Assembly: GCA_964418945.1 (NCBI GenBank)
Contig: CAYQNR010000006.1
Location: 985-64,984, forward strand
Reading direction: 5' to 3'
Source of the DNA: an uncultured Desulfobacteraceae bacterium
GTDB taxonomy: Bacteria; Desulfobacterota; DSM-4660; Desulfatiglandales; HGW-15
Length of the DNA stretch: 64,000 nt
In this document: one piece after another, positions 1-9,713 of the stretch
How the letters are laid out: every line of letters begins with the position of its first letter
How positions within the stretch are numbered: the stretch's first letter is position 1
Made by a program: the position numbers and the translations under genes
Notes under the pieces: generated by a model
What the model saw: the letters and a program-made list of their open reading frames with translations, nothing else
What the model was told of the DNA's origin: nothing
The model's database searches: none

Positions 1-1
1 A

Positions 2-331
2 ATGAACTATATCCCCGCGCGCCTGTCCCTGGTCATACTGGTTATAGGCTCATGGTTCGGCCCTTTTCATTCCATTGACGGGGTGAGGGTTGCCTTAAGG
101 GACAGGCTTAAGCATGAATCGCCCAACTCCTCGCACCCGGAAAGTTTTGTAGCCGGGGTATTGAATATCCGCCTGGCCGGTCCCATAAAATATTCCGAAG
201 GGATAAAAGACTATCCATGGCTGGGTGCGGAGTATGGAGACCCTTGCCTGGGGCATATAGTAATGAGTATGCGGCTTATAATGGTTTCATCATGGATAGC
301 GATAATTATTGCCTGTGTAATATTATTTTAG
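2..331 (+). CDS. cbiB: Adenosylcobinamide-phosphate synthase CbiB/CobD, C-terminal ~109 aa (5' end outside window)
   Basis: The frame is open from the window edge. The block HESPNSSHPESFVAGVLNIRLAGPIKY...PWLG resembles the conserved C-terminal H-x-SPN...PE...LGG block of CobD/CbiB, and a hydrophobic tail follows. Confidence 0.6.
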   Translation: MNYIPARLSLVILVIGSWFGPFHSIDGVRVALRDRLKHESPNSSHPESFVAGVLNIRLAGPIKYSEGIKDYPWLGAEYGDPCLGHIVMSMRLIMVSSWIAIIIACVILF

Positions 332-340
332 CAGGAAATT

Positions 341-1063
341 TCAAGGTCTTTTTGCCTTTCCCCACGGCCTCTCTTTACCGAACTGCTCATCGCACCACCG
401 GGTCATGGAGTTTAACCTGTCCTCCAGGGTCTGCCTGTATTCCTCCAGTTCCTCCCCTTTGGCTGAAAAGGGGACCCATATTGGTTCCCCGTAATAGTAG
501 GAGATGCGGGCAAAGGGTTTGGGTATTATAGACCTGTCCCAGCTGTTAAGGACCCAGCATCTGTCGGCTCCCCACACTATGGGAATAATGGGTGCTCCGC
601 TTAGGCGGGCCAGGATTACGGTGCCGATCTTTGCCACGCGGGGAGGTCCCAGCGGTCCGTCCAGGACCATTCCTCCGTTAGTGCCGGCATCCATGCGCTT
701 TTTAAGTTCGCTGAGGGCATCCATGCCGCCCCGGCTGGAAGACCCGCGAACGTCCTTTAACCCCAGGGCATTTATAAGTCGAGCAGCGTATTCGCCGTCA
801 CGGCTCTGACTGACCATTACGGTGACATTTCCATTACCAAGCCGGTGGATGTGATAGATAAGCCTCTGGTGCCATGACGCGTAGATAACCCCATTCTGGA
901 ACCGGGACAAAGCGACCCTCTCGTTTTCCACACCTTCAAGCTTAACCAGGCGATAGGTGAGGAAAAGGAGGCTTACAAACAGTGAGAACAGGGGAACGGC
1001 GATGTTGAAGATTATGGGGTCATACCAGTAGGTAAGTTTTTTAGTTTTCTTCGACACAAACAT
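341..1063 (-). CDS. DUF374 / lysophospholipid-acyltransferase-like protein
   Basis: 240-aa ORF with an N-terminal TM helix. The block VMVSQSRDGEY...RGSSSRGG...LDGPLGP is typical of the DUF374 family. The gene is convergent with cbiB. Confidence 0.6.
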   Translation of the reverse strand: MFVSKKTKKLTYWYDPIIFNIAVPLFSLFVSLLFLTYRLVKLEGVENERVALSRFQNGVIYASWHQRLIYHIHRLGNGNVTVMVSQSRDGEYAARLINALGLKDVRGSSSRGGMDALSELKKRMDAGTNGGMVLDGPLGPPRVAKIGTVILARLSGAPIIPIVWGADRCWVLNSWDRSIIPKPFARISYYYGEPIWVPFSAKGEELEEYRQTLEDRLNSMTRWCDEQFGKERPWGKAKRP

Positions 1064-1192
1064 CCCTCCTGACCAAGCGAGGAGACTCTATAACATGTTA
1101 AGATACATGGCAAGATTTATAGTATTCTCCAGCGATTGAATGGACGAAAAACCACAAATTATCGTGACCGGAGAAAATCACTATTATACTAC

Positions 1193-1395
1193 GGTCACAC
1201 CTGTTCTTTTCAAGACGACATCTATGGCATTCAGTGCACGTAGTCTTATTTTCAAGGGTTTGGCAGACCTTTTCCTGGTGGCAACGGGAAATTCTGCCAG
1301 GGATTCTGGTAGAGCAAACCCTTGAAAATCAGCCCACTGCAGGCCTTGGGTGGAATTCTTTTTGAGATGTCGTCTTTCCAAGAACAGCCGTGACC
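1193..1395 (+). repeat. Palindromic repeat family A, copy 1 (203 bp)
   Basis: The termini GGTCAC..TTCTTTTCAAGACGACATCT and AGATGTCGTCTTTCCAAGAACAGCCGTGACC are inverted repeats. There is also an inner hairpin TCAAGGGTTTG...CAAACCCTTGA. A near-identical copy sits at 32755-32957 and a deleted copy at 45159-45252. Confidence 0.85.
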
Positions 1396-1407
1396 TCAGG
1401 TCATCAT

Positions 1408-1689
1408 ATATTGCCATATATGGCGCATGGGGTTCTCTTTTAAGCGGCGAACTGGTTTATGTGCAATAACCCTGCACAAAACCAGACGAGGCGGGCGGGT
1501 AGCCTTTTCCAGACTTGGCCGAACTGGAGAATTTTTTATTATCTCGTAAGTATTCCGCCCGCCTGGGTGGCACCTTACGTAATTAGCATGCTGTTAATGT
1601 CTTCGCCCCTTAAGAGAGAACCCCATGGGCCATACTTGTAATGAGGTTTAATCTTTTACTTGTCTAAGTACTCATTAACCGGATGAACC
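1408..1689 (+). mobile_element. MITE family B, copy 1, 5'-truncated (left TIR missing)
   Basis: It aligns by eye with the interior and right end (GTACTCATTAACCGGATGAACC) of the full copies at 19174-19508 and 20779-21109. It directly follows family A copy 1. Confidence 0.8.
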
Positions 1690-1774
1690 AAAAATCTTCT
1701 TTGGGGTTATTAAAAGTAATAATTAGTAATTATTGGTAAATGAGGGAAATAAATGAATCATTTTAAAATAAAAC

Positions 1775-1803
1775 TTGACAGGAATAACTCATAAAGTTAA
1801 TAA
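1775..1803 (+). promoter_or_regulatory. Candidate sigma70 promoter of the TBDR-1 unit (TTGACA-N17-TAATAA)
   Basis: TTGACA lies at 1775-1780 and TAATAA at 1798-1803. A perfect 6-1-6 palindrome AAATGAATCATTT sits at 1751-1763 just upstream, and a GGATAT-AG-ATATCC palindrome sits at 1815-1828 just downstream. Confidence 0.4.
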
Positions 1804-1852
1804 GACATGCTCAAGGATATAGATATCCTGTATTGAACTGTTGTGGAAAGGC

Positions 1853-1903
1853 TGACCCCGCCTCCGGATTCATGCCGAAAGACGGAGACCGTGGTCATTT
1901 TTT
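1853..1903 (+). terminator. Imperfect hairpin plus T6 in the leader of TBDR-1
   Basis: TGACCCCGCCTCCG...CGGAGACCGTGGTCA is followed by TTTTTT. It lies downstream of the candidate promoter and 168 nt upstream of the start codon. Confidence 0.4.
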
Positions 1904-2070
1904 AAGGAAGAGTCATATATCAATATTAATATAAGGTCCTATTGTAGAAATCCGGTGTTGAACAGTTTTCTGGTGCTTTTGACGGGGAAGAATAGATGAG
2001 TAAAGCATCCTTCAACCACTTTTGCCATTTTTATTAGTTTCAAGCAAGAATCACTTATGGAGAATAAAAA

Positions 2071-4104
2071 ATGTGGACAAAGATACTGGTTTTATTAATT
2101 TCAATAATGGCGATGTTTTTGGGTAGTAATATGCTTTACGCAGCAGATGGGGAGGAACAAGATACTGAAAATGTGTTTACATTAGGAGAAGTGATCGTAA
2201 CTGCTGAACAGCCTGTTGTGGACCTGGCTACCACCATTTCCGAGCTATCAGCGCAAGATATCTCGGCCAGGGGTGATCTGACTGTTGCAGAGGCCCTGGA
2301 ATTGCTCCCCGGTGTTGATGTCCGGAAAGGCGGAAAAAGCCAGGTATTTGTGTCCATCAGGGGATTTGAGCAGGATGACGTAAAGGTGCTTATAGACGGT
2401 GTTCCGGCCCATGAGTCATATGATGGAACAGTTGACCTGTCTATGATCCCGACGGAAGCCATTTCAAAGATAACTGTTACCAAGGGCGCGTCTTCCGTTC
2501 TGTATGGCGCGAATACCATGGGAGGGATAATCAACATTATCACCAAAAAAGGAGGAAAAGAGCCCGTAACAGAGGTCACGGCCTCCTTTGGAAATGATGG
2601 GGCCGCCAAATATACATTCAACCACGGCGGGACAGCCGGGGTTTTGAATTACTGGCTTACCTATGGGTACAGTGAATCCGATGGTTTCCGATTGTCCCAT
2701 GATTTTAATCCGGCGGATCCTATTGTAGGTCTAGGAACAGATTATAACGAAGACGGCGGAACCCGTGATCTGAGCGATTATATCAAGAGGACTCTTAACG
2801 CTAAGGTTGGCTATGAACCCGATGAAGACACCCGGCTTTATTTCTCTTTCGATTATCATAACAATGAACGCGGGATTCCGTCGGGAAGAAGCCGTTACTG
2901 GGCATTTACCAATTGGGAACAGTGGCAGTTGAACCTGGTGGGAGAGCATGTGTTTAATGATATGTTCAGCGCAAAGGCCAGGGTATTTTACGTAAATCAT
3001 GATGACACCATCACGGACGTGAGCTGGGATGCAGAGCATAACACAGGAAGAAAATGGTTTGAAGAGAGCTCCTATGATGACGACTCGCGCGGTGCCGAAT
3101 TACATGGTTTTTTCGATCTGAAAAGATGGGGGGATCTAAGGATAGGTTTAAACTATCTGAGAGATAACCATAGGCAGCAAGATTTTTATGATGCAGACAC
3201 CATGTCTGTCTGGAGATTGGGCGACCCGGTAGGCTTTCAACCTGAAGAAAAATACACCGCTGACACATATACACTGGCTGTTGAAGATGAGATAGAACCG
3301 ACCGAGAACCTGGCTGTTGTCTTCGGCATGAGCTATGATACCTTTGAGCCGGTTAGGGCGTATGATCAACCGGTACCGGAGGCGATGAGTACCATCAATC
3401 CCCAGATAGGCCTTGTTTATGATGTGGACCACAAAACAAGTATCCACGCCTCTGTGGGGAAGAAGACAAGGTTCCCACAATTGAAAGAGCTTTACAGCGA
3501 CCTTGCGGGTGGGAACCCGGACCTGGACCCCCAGAAGACAGTATCCTATGAAATTGGGGCGTACCGTGAGTTTAATGAAATGTTTAGGGGGAATATTGCC
3601 TGTTTTTATAATGACATCAGTGATCTTATCGATCAGGTAGAGGATCAGGCAAGTGGGGAGGATATTTACTGTAACCTGTATGAGGCAAACATAAAAGGTA
3701 TTGAGGCAGAACTGGACATGAACTTTTCCTGCGGACTCCTTGCAAGGTTCAATTATACGTACATGTCCACGGAGGATAAGTCTAATGAAGGACTTGAGCT
3801 GCAGGGGAGACCCGAACACCGGATTAACTTGGATCTCCGCTATGGTTTCCCGTTTGGTCTCACTACGAATCTTCAGACGTCCTATGCAACGGGAGCATAT
3901 TGGGAAGATCCGGATTATAACTGGGTGAAATTACCGCACATTTTTTTGATAGACGCAAAAATCACTCAGGACCTGGGAGATATTTTTAATCTTGATTCGG
4001 AACTGTTTGTGCAGGTCGATAACCTTACCAATTATGATTACTATCAGTCAAACGGCCCGGAGCCGGGACGCAATTTTATGGCAGGGTTAGCTATAAAGTT
4101 CTAA
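2071..4104 (+). CDS. TonB-dependent outer-membrane receptor 1
   Basis: 677 aa with a signal peptide and a TonB-box-like GEVIVTA. Plug motifs are present (IRGF, VLIDGVP, GANTMGGIINIITKKG). The protein has a long beta-barrel part and a C-terminal aromatic residue (...LAIKF). Confidence 0.85.
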   Translation: MWTKILVLLISIMAMFLGSNMLYAADGEEQDTENVFTLGEVIVTAEQPVVDLATTISELSAQDISARGDLTVAEALELLPGVDVRKGGKSQVFVSIRGFEQDDVKVLIDGVPAHESYDGTVDLSMIPTEAISKITVTKGASSVLYGANTMGGIINIITKKGGKEPVTEVTASFGNDGAAKYTFNHGGTAGVLNYWLTYGYSESDGFRLSHDFNPADPIVGLGTDYNEDGGTRDLSDYIKRTLNAKVGYEPDEDTRLYFSFDYHNNERGIPSGRSRYWAFTNWEQWQLNLVGEHVFNDMFSAKARVFYVNHDDTITDVSWDAEHNTGRKWFEESSYDDDSRGAELHGFFDLKRWGDLRIGLNYLRDNHRQQDFYDADTMSVWRLGDPVGFQPEEKYTADTYTLAVEDEIEPTENLAVVFGMSYDTFEPVRAYDQPVPEAMSTINPQIGLVYDVDHKTSIHASVGKKTRFPQLKELYSDLAGGNPDLDPQKTVSYEIGAYREFNEMFRGNIACFYNDISDLIDQVEDQASGEDIYCNLYEANIKGIEAELDMNFSCGLLARFNYTYMSTEDKSNEGLELQGRPEHRINLDLRYGFPFGLTTNLQTSYATGAYWEDPDYNWVKLPHIFLIDAKITQDLGDIFNLDSELFVQVDNLTNYDYYQSNGPEPGRNFMAGLAIKF

Positions 4105-4124
4105 TGTATTAACAAAAGGAAGAG

Positions 4125-5141
4125 GTGATGATGAAAAGAAAGCAGATTTTTGTTTTTATCCTGATTATTGTTATCTTTTTTGGGGTGGCGGCATTTGCTG
4201 AAGCCTCCGTCCTGAGTATCACCGGCACGGTCAGACAGCCTTTAAGCCTAAGTGTAGAGGACATAAACAGATACCAAACCGTAACGGTACAGCTTAATGA
4301 GGTAATGAAGGACGGCACTTATAGAGGGGTCTTTTATTACAGGGGCGTTCCCTTGAGGGTCTTGCTTGACACGGCATCCATACAAAAGGAAGAGACCGCT
4401 GCCTTCTCCAAAAAGACGGACATGGCTATACTTGTTAAGAGCAAGCATGGTAAAGAGGTGGCATTATCATGGGGAGAGATCTATTACAGGAACTCGAGCG
4501 ATATTATCGTGGCCACGTCAGCGTCACCTGTAATGCCCCATAAAAGCTGTTCCTCCTGTCACGACCCTGATTTTTATAAACCCTATATGGATCAGTTAAG
4601 CCGCGATATAGGCTTTCCCAAACTCGTGGTTGCAAGCGACGCTTACGCGGACAGGTCCATTGAGGATATTATGAATATCCAGGTTATTGACCCGGGTCCC
4701 AGGAAGCCTGCTGTTGATTCGGGAGAACTGTTTTCTCCGGCGTTTACCATCACCGGGGATGTCAAAAACGAAATAACCATCACTGATCTTTCCCCCTATC
4801 CAAGAGTAGAAGCGAGGATTAAGCTGGTGGGGGAGGGCAAAGGTTTCCACGGGATAACCGATTTCTCAGGCGCGTCTCTCAAGGCGATACTGGACCACGT
4901 CGGCATTGATTACGATCTAACCAAGGTCTTCTATGTCTCGGCACCCGACGGCTACTATGCGCTTTATTCTTATGGGGAGATCTATCTGAACAGGGATGAA
5001 GAGAGTATTATCTTAGCGGACAGGGCCAACAACGAAACTATCCAAGATGGAGGGAGGTTTTTCGTTATAGCCACGGAAGACCTGATGGCAGACCGGGATG
5101 TCAAATCAGTGGAAGAGATAGAGGTGATTACCCTGAAATAG
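4125..5141 (+). CDS. Periplasmic protein with two molybdopterin-oxidoreductase-like (SUOX-fold) modules and one CXXCH haem-c motif
   Basis: 338 aa with a signal peptide. Two internally similar modules are visible (ITGTVRQPLSLSVEDI...GVPLRVLLD and ITGDVKNEITITDL...GASLKAILD). A CSSCH motif lies between them. The gene starts 20 nt after TBDR-1. Confidence 0.55.
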   Translation: MMMKRKQIFVFILIIVIFFGVAAFAEASVLSITGTVRQPLSLSVEDINRYQTVTVQLNEVMKDGTYRGVFYYRGVPLRVLLDTASIQKEETAAFSKKTDMAILVKSKHGKEVALSWGEIYYRNSSDIIVATSASPVMPHKSCSSCHDPDFYKPYMDQLSRDIGFPKLVVASDAYADRSIEDIMNIQVIDPGPRKPAVDSGELFSPAFTITGDVKNEITITDLSPYPRVEARIKLVGEGKGFHGITDFSGASLKAILDHVGIDYDLTKVFYVSAPDGYYALYSYGEIYLNRDEESIILADRANNETIQDGGRFFVIATEDLMADRDVKSVEEIEVITLK

Positions 5142-5433
5142 GAATCGAGCAGGTCTATCCGCCTTCGCAGAAAACCACTGAGGAGGACGGGCTACGGAGG
5201 ATGGAAACCCGGGTATTTAAGTAGGGCCACGGGTTTACCCGTGGGGCTCCATTAGCAAAAGGGCTTGATAATGACCCTGGATCGGGTTAATAGCTAATAC
5301 TCGAAATATGCAGCAGAACCCGCCGCATATTCAAGCTGAACACCAAAGGCTAATACCTTTCATGGTTTAAAAGAGTATTACAGGAAGGCAGTCGCCGCGG
5401 ACATGAGCGGTGAGTATGCAGGATCAGAGAAAT

Positions 5434-5487
5434 GGCCACGAAGGTTCCTGCTCCCCGAAGGAGAGCAATGCCTCGTGGTCTTTTTTT
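5434..5487 (+). terminator. Intrinsic terminator, GGCCACGA-stem family (copy 1)
   Basis: GGCCACGAAGG...CCTCGTGGTC is followed by T7. It lies 293 nt after the preceding stop codon and 115 nt before the methyltransferase start. Confidence 0.65.
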
Positions 5488-5602
5488 GTCCTTGGAAATC
5501 TGCGGGAACAATAATAATATCGGGCAATATACCTTTTGGTCACGGGCTTCCGGAAAGGTGTCCATAACCTGGCAGAAGAACAGAAAAGGGGAGCAATAAC
5601 CA

Positions 5603-6400
5603 ATGCCCACACGGCGCAGAGACAGCAAAAAGAAAGATAGGTCTAAAAGATTCTGGGAGAGGAAGGCGACTAAATATCCTGCGGCCTTTGATAAAGGACA
5701 GATTGAAAGGACCCTCAGGGTTATCTCCATGGTGCGAGCCAAGGGTGTTGAAATAAAGGGGAAAAAGATCCTTGATATCGGCTGCGGCACGGGTATTTAT
5801 GCTTTGCCCCTGGCACAGGAAGCAAAGAGCGTAACCGGCCTGGACTTTTCCGAGGCCATGGTCGCCAGGCTCAGGGATGAAACCATGCGTTATAATATTT
5901 CCAATGTGGATGTTATCAAAGACTCCTGGCAGGATGTGGATATTACGGCCAGGGGTTTTAAGAAATCATTTGATATCGTCTGGTGTTCCATGTCCATGGC
6001 TGTCCGGGACAGAGAAGACATCAGAAAGATGGAAGACTGTTCAAAAAAGTGGGGTGTGTATATCGGGTGGGCAAGGAGGAGGAAGAATGAGCTGATGGAA
6101 GAGGCCTTCAGGATGCATGGCCTTACTTACGGACCGCCCCCGGGTGTCTCGGTTGTCCATGATATTCTTAAAAGCGCCGGAAAGGCGCCTGTGATTGAAT
6201 ATTTTGACGACTCATGGGACTGGGAAGGGACGGTGGATGAGGCGATGGAGAATGTGGCAGGATTTATTGAGATGCAAGGATCAACAGCGGATCGCACAAG
6301 ACTTATGGGATTGCTCAACAGTTATGAGCGGGATGGTTTGATACGTCATACAACCTATGTGGAAGAAGGGATTATTGTATGGCGGGTGGATTTTGGTTGA
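5603..6400 (+). CDS. Class I SAM-dependent methyltransferase
   Basis: Motif I is ILDIGCGTGIYALPLA, followed by the acidic LDFS. The N-terminal FWERKATKY is typical of the family. The exact start is uncertain. Confidence 0.7.
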   Translation: MPTRRRDSKKKDRSKRFWERKATKYPAAFDKGQIERTLRVISMVRAKGVEIKGKKILDIGCGTGIYALPLAQEAKSVTGLDFSEAMVARLRDETMRYNISNVDVIKDSWQDVDITARGFKKSFDIVWCSMSMAVRDREDIRKMEDCSKKWGVYIGWARRRKNELMEEAFRMHGLTYGPPPGVSVVHDILKSAGKAPVIEYFDDSWDWEGTVDEAMENVAGFIEMQGSTADRTRLMGLLNSYERDGLIRHTTYVEEGIIVWRVDFG

Positions 6401-6615
6401 CAGCCTTAGTATGTTGTATTAATAATTCTACTAGATTTTGTGACAAGAAGTCACTTGCCTTTGCCAGGATGCCCCGTGCAGGAGCACGGAGAGCTTCGCT
6501 TTAAATGGAGAGGCATTCAGGACGAGACCGGACTATCAGGTAAAGAAGCCCCTAATATATAAAAGATTTTTCGCTCTGTGGGGCGGGGAAGGGGTATTAC
6601 GAAAAATTGAAGTCA

Positions 6616-6669
6616 GGCCACGAAGGTCTTTGCTCCGAGAAGAGGAGTGAGTACTCGTGGCCTTTTTTT
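6616..6669 (+). terminator. Intrinsic terminator, GGCCACGA-stem family (copy 2)
   Basis: GGCCACGAAG...CTCGTGGCC is followed by T7. It lies 68 nt upstream of the ABC permease start. Confidence 0.65.
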
Positions 6670-6737
6670 ATCCGCCTTCGCGGGTGACTACACCACAGAT
6701 TAATCGGTAGGGCTCAATAAGGAATTAAGCAAGAAAT

Positions 6738-7778
6738 ATGATTGTAGATAAGGCAATGGATATCGAACCCGGAAGGATCACCGAACAATATATAGAGCAT
6801 TTTAGCCGAAAAGTAATTTACTTGGTCCTACTGCTTATCCTGACTTTCGTGGTGGCCCTTTATGCCATGGCTCATGGTCCCTATGAGATTGCCGTGATGG
6901 ATGTGCTTCGAGCTTTAACCGGGAACGCGGAACATGCGACCATGATTGTTATTACAAAGATAAGGATGCCCAGGGTGGTTTCAGCCATAATCGCAGGATG
7001 GGGGTTGTCCATTTCAGGGCTGTGCATCCAGTCCCTGCTGAAAAACCCCCTCGGTTCCCCTTCAACACTGGGTATCAGCCAGGGCGCCGCCTTTGGGGCC
7101 GCTTCCGCCATAGTACTCTTCGGTACTCAGGTCTTGTCCCTGACGGCATTTGCCTTTGGCGGAGCTATTATATCCATATTAATCATATTGGGGCTGGCCG
7201 GACTCAAACGGCTTTCCGCGGAGGCCATAATACTCGCGGGCGTGGCATTGGCGTCACTTTTCACTTCAGCAACCGTATTGATTCAATATTTTGCCACGGA
7301 CATAGAACTGGCTATGGTGGTTTTCTGGACATTCGGCGATGTGGCACGTTCGAACTGGTCAGAGGTTGCCATGATGACAGGGGCGACTTTAATGGCAATG
7401 CTCTATCTGGTGGTACTCAGGTGGGATTTCAACGCGTTGGCTTCGGGAGAAGAAACTGCCATGGGGTTGGGCGTTAATGTCCAGAGGATAAGGTTTTCAG
7501 GGATGCTTGTGGTATCCCTGGTGGCTGCCCTGGTGACCGCCTTTCTAGGGGTTATCGCCTTTGTGGGGCTGATCTCTCCGCATATAGCCAGGCGCATGGT
7601 GGGGGACGACCATCGTATGCTTATCCCGTTTTCCGCGACGGTGGGCGCCTTATTGCTTTTGACGGCGGATACCTTGGGCCGTTTGGCCATGGGTTCAGGC
7701 TCGCTGCCTGTAGGTGTGGTCACATCGTTCCTGGGGGCTCCCATATTTATTTATCTGCTAATCAGGGGGTATCAATGA
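6738..7778 (+). CDS. FecCD/BtuC-family ABC transporter permease
   Basis: 346 aa and about 9-10 TM helices, with typical FecCD blocks (GPLGSPSTLGISQGAAFGA, ISPHIARRMVGDDHR). The stop overlaps the ATPase start (ATGA). Confidence 0.85.
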   Translation: MIVDKAMDIEPGRITEQYIEHFSRKVIYLVLLLILTFVVALYAMAHGPYEIAVMDVLRALTGNAEHATMIVITKIRMPRVVSAIIAGWGLSISGLCIQSLLKNPLGSPSTLGISQGAAFGAASAIVLFGTQVLSLTAFAFGGAIISILIILGLAGLKRLSAEAIILAGVALASLFTSATVLIQYFATDIELAMVVFWTFGDVARSNWSEVAMMTGATLMAMLYLVVLRWDFNALASGEETAMGLGVNVQRIRFSGMLVVSLVAALVTAFLGVIAFVGLISPHIARRMVGDDHRMLIPFSATVGALLLLTADTLGRLAMGSGSLPVGVVTSFLGAPIFIYLLIRGYQ

Positions 7779-8527
7779 AACTGACCGTAGATGGCATATC
7801 CTTTACCTATAACAGTCACCCCGTTCTGGAGCATATAGGCTTTACCCTTGAACCCGGGCAGGTAATGTGTGTGCTGGGAGTTAACGGGGCGGGCAAGTCC
7901 ACCTTACTTAAGTGTATGAACCGCATTTTGAAACCTCAGGAAGGCAAGATTTTTGTTGGCGAGGAAAGCCTGGCATCGATGTCCCGGAATGATGTGGCCC
8001 GAAAGATCGGTTATGTGCCGCAGCGGCACCCGGATACAAGCCTGACTGTGTTTGAGAGTGTTCTCCTGGGGCGAAAGCCTCATCTCCAATGGACGGTGAG
8101 CAGGCGTGATTACCAGATTGTGGAGGAGATTATCCACGGCATAGGCCTGGATAATCTGGCCATGCGACCGGTGAGCAAGCTGAGCGGAGGAGAGATACAG
8201 AAGGTGGTGATCGCCAGGGCCCTTGCCCAATCTCCCGGTATATTGCTCCTGGATGAGCCGACCAGCAACCTGGATCTTAAGAATCAGATAGAGGTTATGC
8301 GATTGATACGTGATATTGTCCGCACCAAGGGCCTGTCCGCGGTAGTTGCCATACATGACCTGAACATTGCTGTCCGGTTTGCCGATACACTCCTATTTTT
8401 AAGAGATCACCAAATCTATTCCCTGGCTGATAAAGATAAAATAACAGAAAAGACTATTCGTGAGGTCTATGGCGTGGATGTAATGCTACGGGAGGCCGGG
8501 GGACATAAGGTGGTGGTGCCTGTTTGA
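7775..8527 (+). CDS. ABC transporter ATP-binding protein (FepC/BtuD type)
   Basis: Walker A is GVNGAGKST, the signature is LSGGEIQ and Walker B is LLLDEPTSNLD. Confidence 0.9.
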   Translation: MKLTVDGISFTYNSHPVLEHIGFTLEPGQVMCVLGVNGAGKSTLLKCMNRILKPQEGKIFVGEESLASMSRNDVARKIGYVPQRHPDTSLTVFESVLLGRKPHLQWTVSRRDYQIVEEIIHGIGLDNLAMRPVSKLSGGEIQKVVIARALAQSPGILLLDEPTSNLDLKNQIEVMRLIRDIVRTKGLSAVVAIHDLNIAVRFADTLLFLRDHQIYSLADKDKITEKTIREVYGVDVMLREAGGHKVVVPV

Positions 8528-8601
8528 TTCCATCCTGACTTATCCTCGTAGGGGGAGGGCATATTGTTCCCACTTGGCTGGATTAGGATAAAGAGAAGCG
8601 G

Positions 8602-9696
8602 ATGAAAAAGAGTCTTTGCCTGATAATATTAGGTTTTGTCCTGACATTAATACTTGCAATTCAGGGATATGCGGCGACAATCAATATTTCTGACATGGAA
8701 GAGAGGAAGGTAAAGGTTCCTTTTGATCCTGATAAAATACTCTGCATAGGTCCCGGCACCCTGAGGCTTATTGTCTACCTGCAGGCCGAAGACAAGGTCG
8801 CGGGAGTGGAAGATATGGAAAAGACAGACCCTGAAGGGCGACCTTACTGGATAGCCCACCCCGAGCTACATGATCTGCCTCGTTGCGGGCCGGGAGGACC
8901 GGCAGGTATAGGCAAGAAACCCGACCTAGAGGCCATTATGAATATATATCCGGATGTGATCTTTATCACCTATATGGATGCAGCTATGGCAGACGAGGTA
9001 CAGGCAACCCTGGGTATACCGGTGGTAGTCTTGAGCTATGGTTCCTTAGGCAATTTCGATGAAAAGATCTATGATTCCCTCAGTCTCGCCGGAAAGATCC
9101 TGAACCGGGAAAGACGCGCCGATGAAGTCATAGACTACATTGAAGACTTAAGAAAAGACCTTAACCAGCGAACCGCCGGTGTGCCGGAAAGCAGGGAACA
9201 GGGAGTATTTGTGGGGGGTATAGGTTATAGGGGTTCATACGGAATGGAAAGTACCGAGAAGGACTACATTCCTCTGGATTGGGTCAACGCCCATAATCTG
9301 GCTAAACAGGTCGAGGGAAGTATAGGTACCCACGTGTTTGTGGACAAGGAAACACTGCTTCTCCTCGACCCTGATATTATCTTTATCGACAGTGGAGGTT
9401 CAGCACTGGTTGAAGAGGATTATAGGAAAAAGAGAGATCTCTATGACACCCTTAGGGCGTTTAAGAAGCGACAGGTCTTTATGCTCCTGCCTTTCAACTA
9501 TTACACCACAAACATAGAAACAGCCCTGGCTGATGCCTATGCAATAGCAAAGATACTTTACATAGATAATTTCAAGGATATAGATCTGGAAGAGAAGGCA
9601 GACGAGATATATACCTTTATGGTCGGAAAACCGGTTTACCATGAGATGAAAAAGGATTTTGGCCCGCTTGGCGTGATAGCACCGTTTTTGGATTGA
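8602..9696 (+). CDS. Periplasmic substrate-binding protein (Fe-chelate/corrinoid, Peripla_BP_2 type)
   Basis: Signal peptide present. The KILCIGPGTLRLIVYLQAEDKVAGVE block is typical of class III SBPs. The gene sits in the operon with the FecCD permease and ATPase. Confidence 0.8.
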   Translation: MKKSLCLIILGFVLTLILAIQGYAATINISDMEERKVKVPFDPDKILCIGPGTLRLIVYLQAEDKVAGVEDMEKTDPEGRPYWIAHPELHDLPRCGPGGPAGIGKKPDLEAIMNIYPDVIFITYMDAAMADEVQATLGIPVVVLSYGSLGNFDEKIYDSLSLAGKILNRERRADEVIDYIEDLRKDLNQRTAGVPESREQGVFVGGIGYRGSYGMESTEKDYIPLDWVNAHNLAKQVEGSIGTHVFVDKETLLLLDPDIIFIDSGGSALVEEDYRKKRDLYDTLRAFKKRQVFMLLPFNYYTTNIETALADAYAIAKILYIDNFKDIDLEEKADEIYTFMVGKPVYHEMKKDFGPLGVIAPFLD

Positions 9697-9713
9697 TTTT
9701 CAGGAGATATTAG

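Noticed and set aside
1560-1590. Sigma-54 promoter-like TGGCAC words inside MITE family B (also 19385 and 20975) and TGGCAA in family A
   Set aside because: The -12 element (TTGC at the correct 5-nt spacing) is absent in every copy.
1140-1641. ORFs lying inside repeats (1140-1325, 1184-1417 and 1459-1641; likewise 19502-19825, 20816-21040, 23523-23729, 23641-23862, 32669-32899, 44793-44987 and 44845-45072)
   Set aside because: They coincide with palindromic MITE-like DNA. They have no SD or start context, and their translations differ between copies of the same repeat.
5142-5602. Canonical cobalamin riboswitch in the leaders of the uptake island (also 1804-2070, 6401-6737 and 10848-11115)
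   Set aside because: I looked for the conserved core (GCCACTG with the GGGAA and GGTGAAA-TCC blocks) and a B12-box (AGYCMGGAGACCKGCC). I found only weak, out-of-order fragments, for example AAAACCACTG at 5172 and GACGGAGACCGTGG at 1881. That is not enough to call the class without a covariance-model scan.
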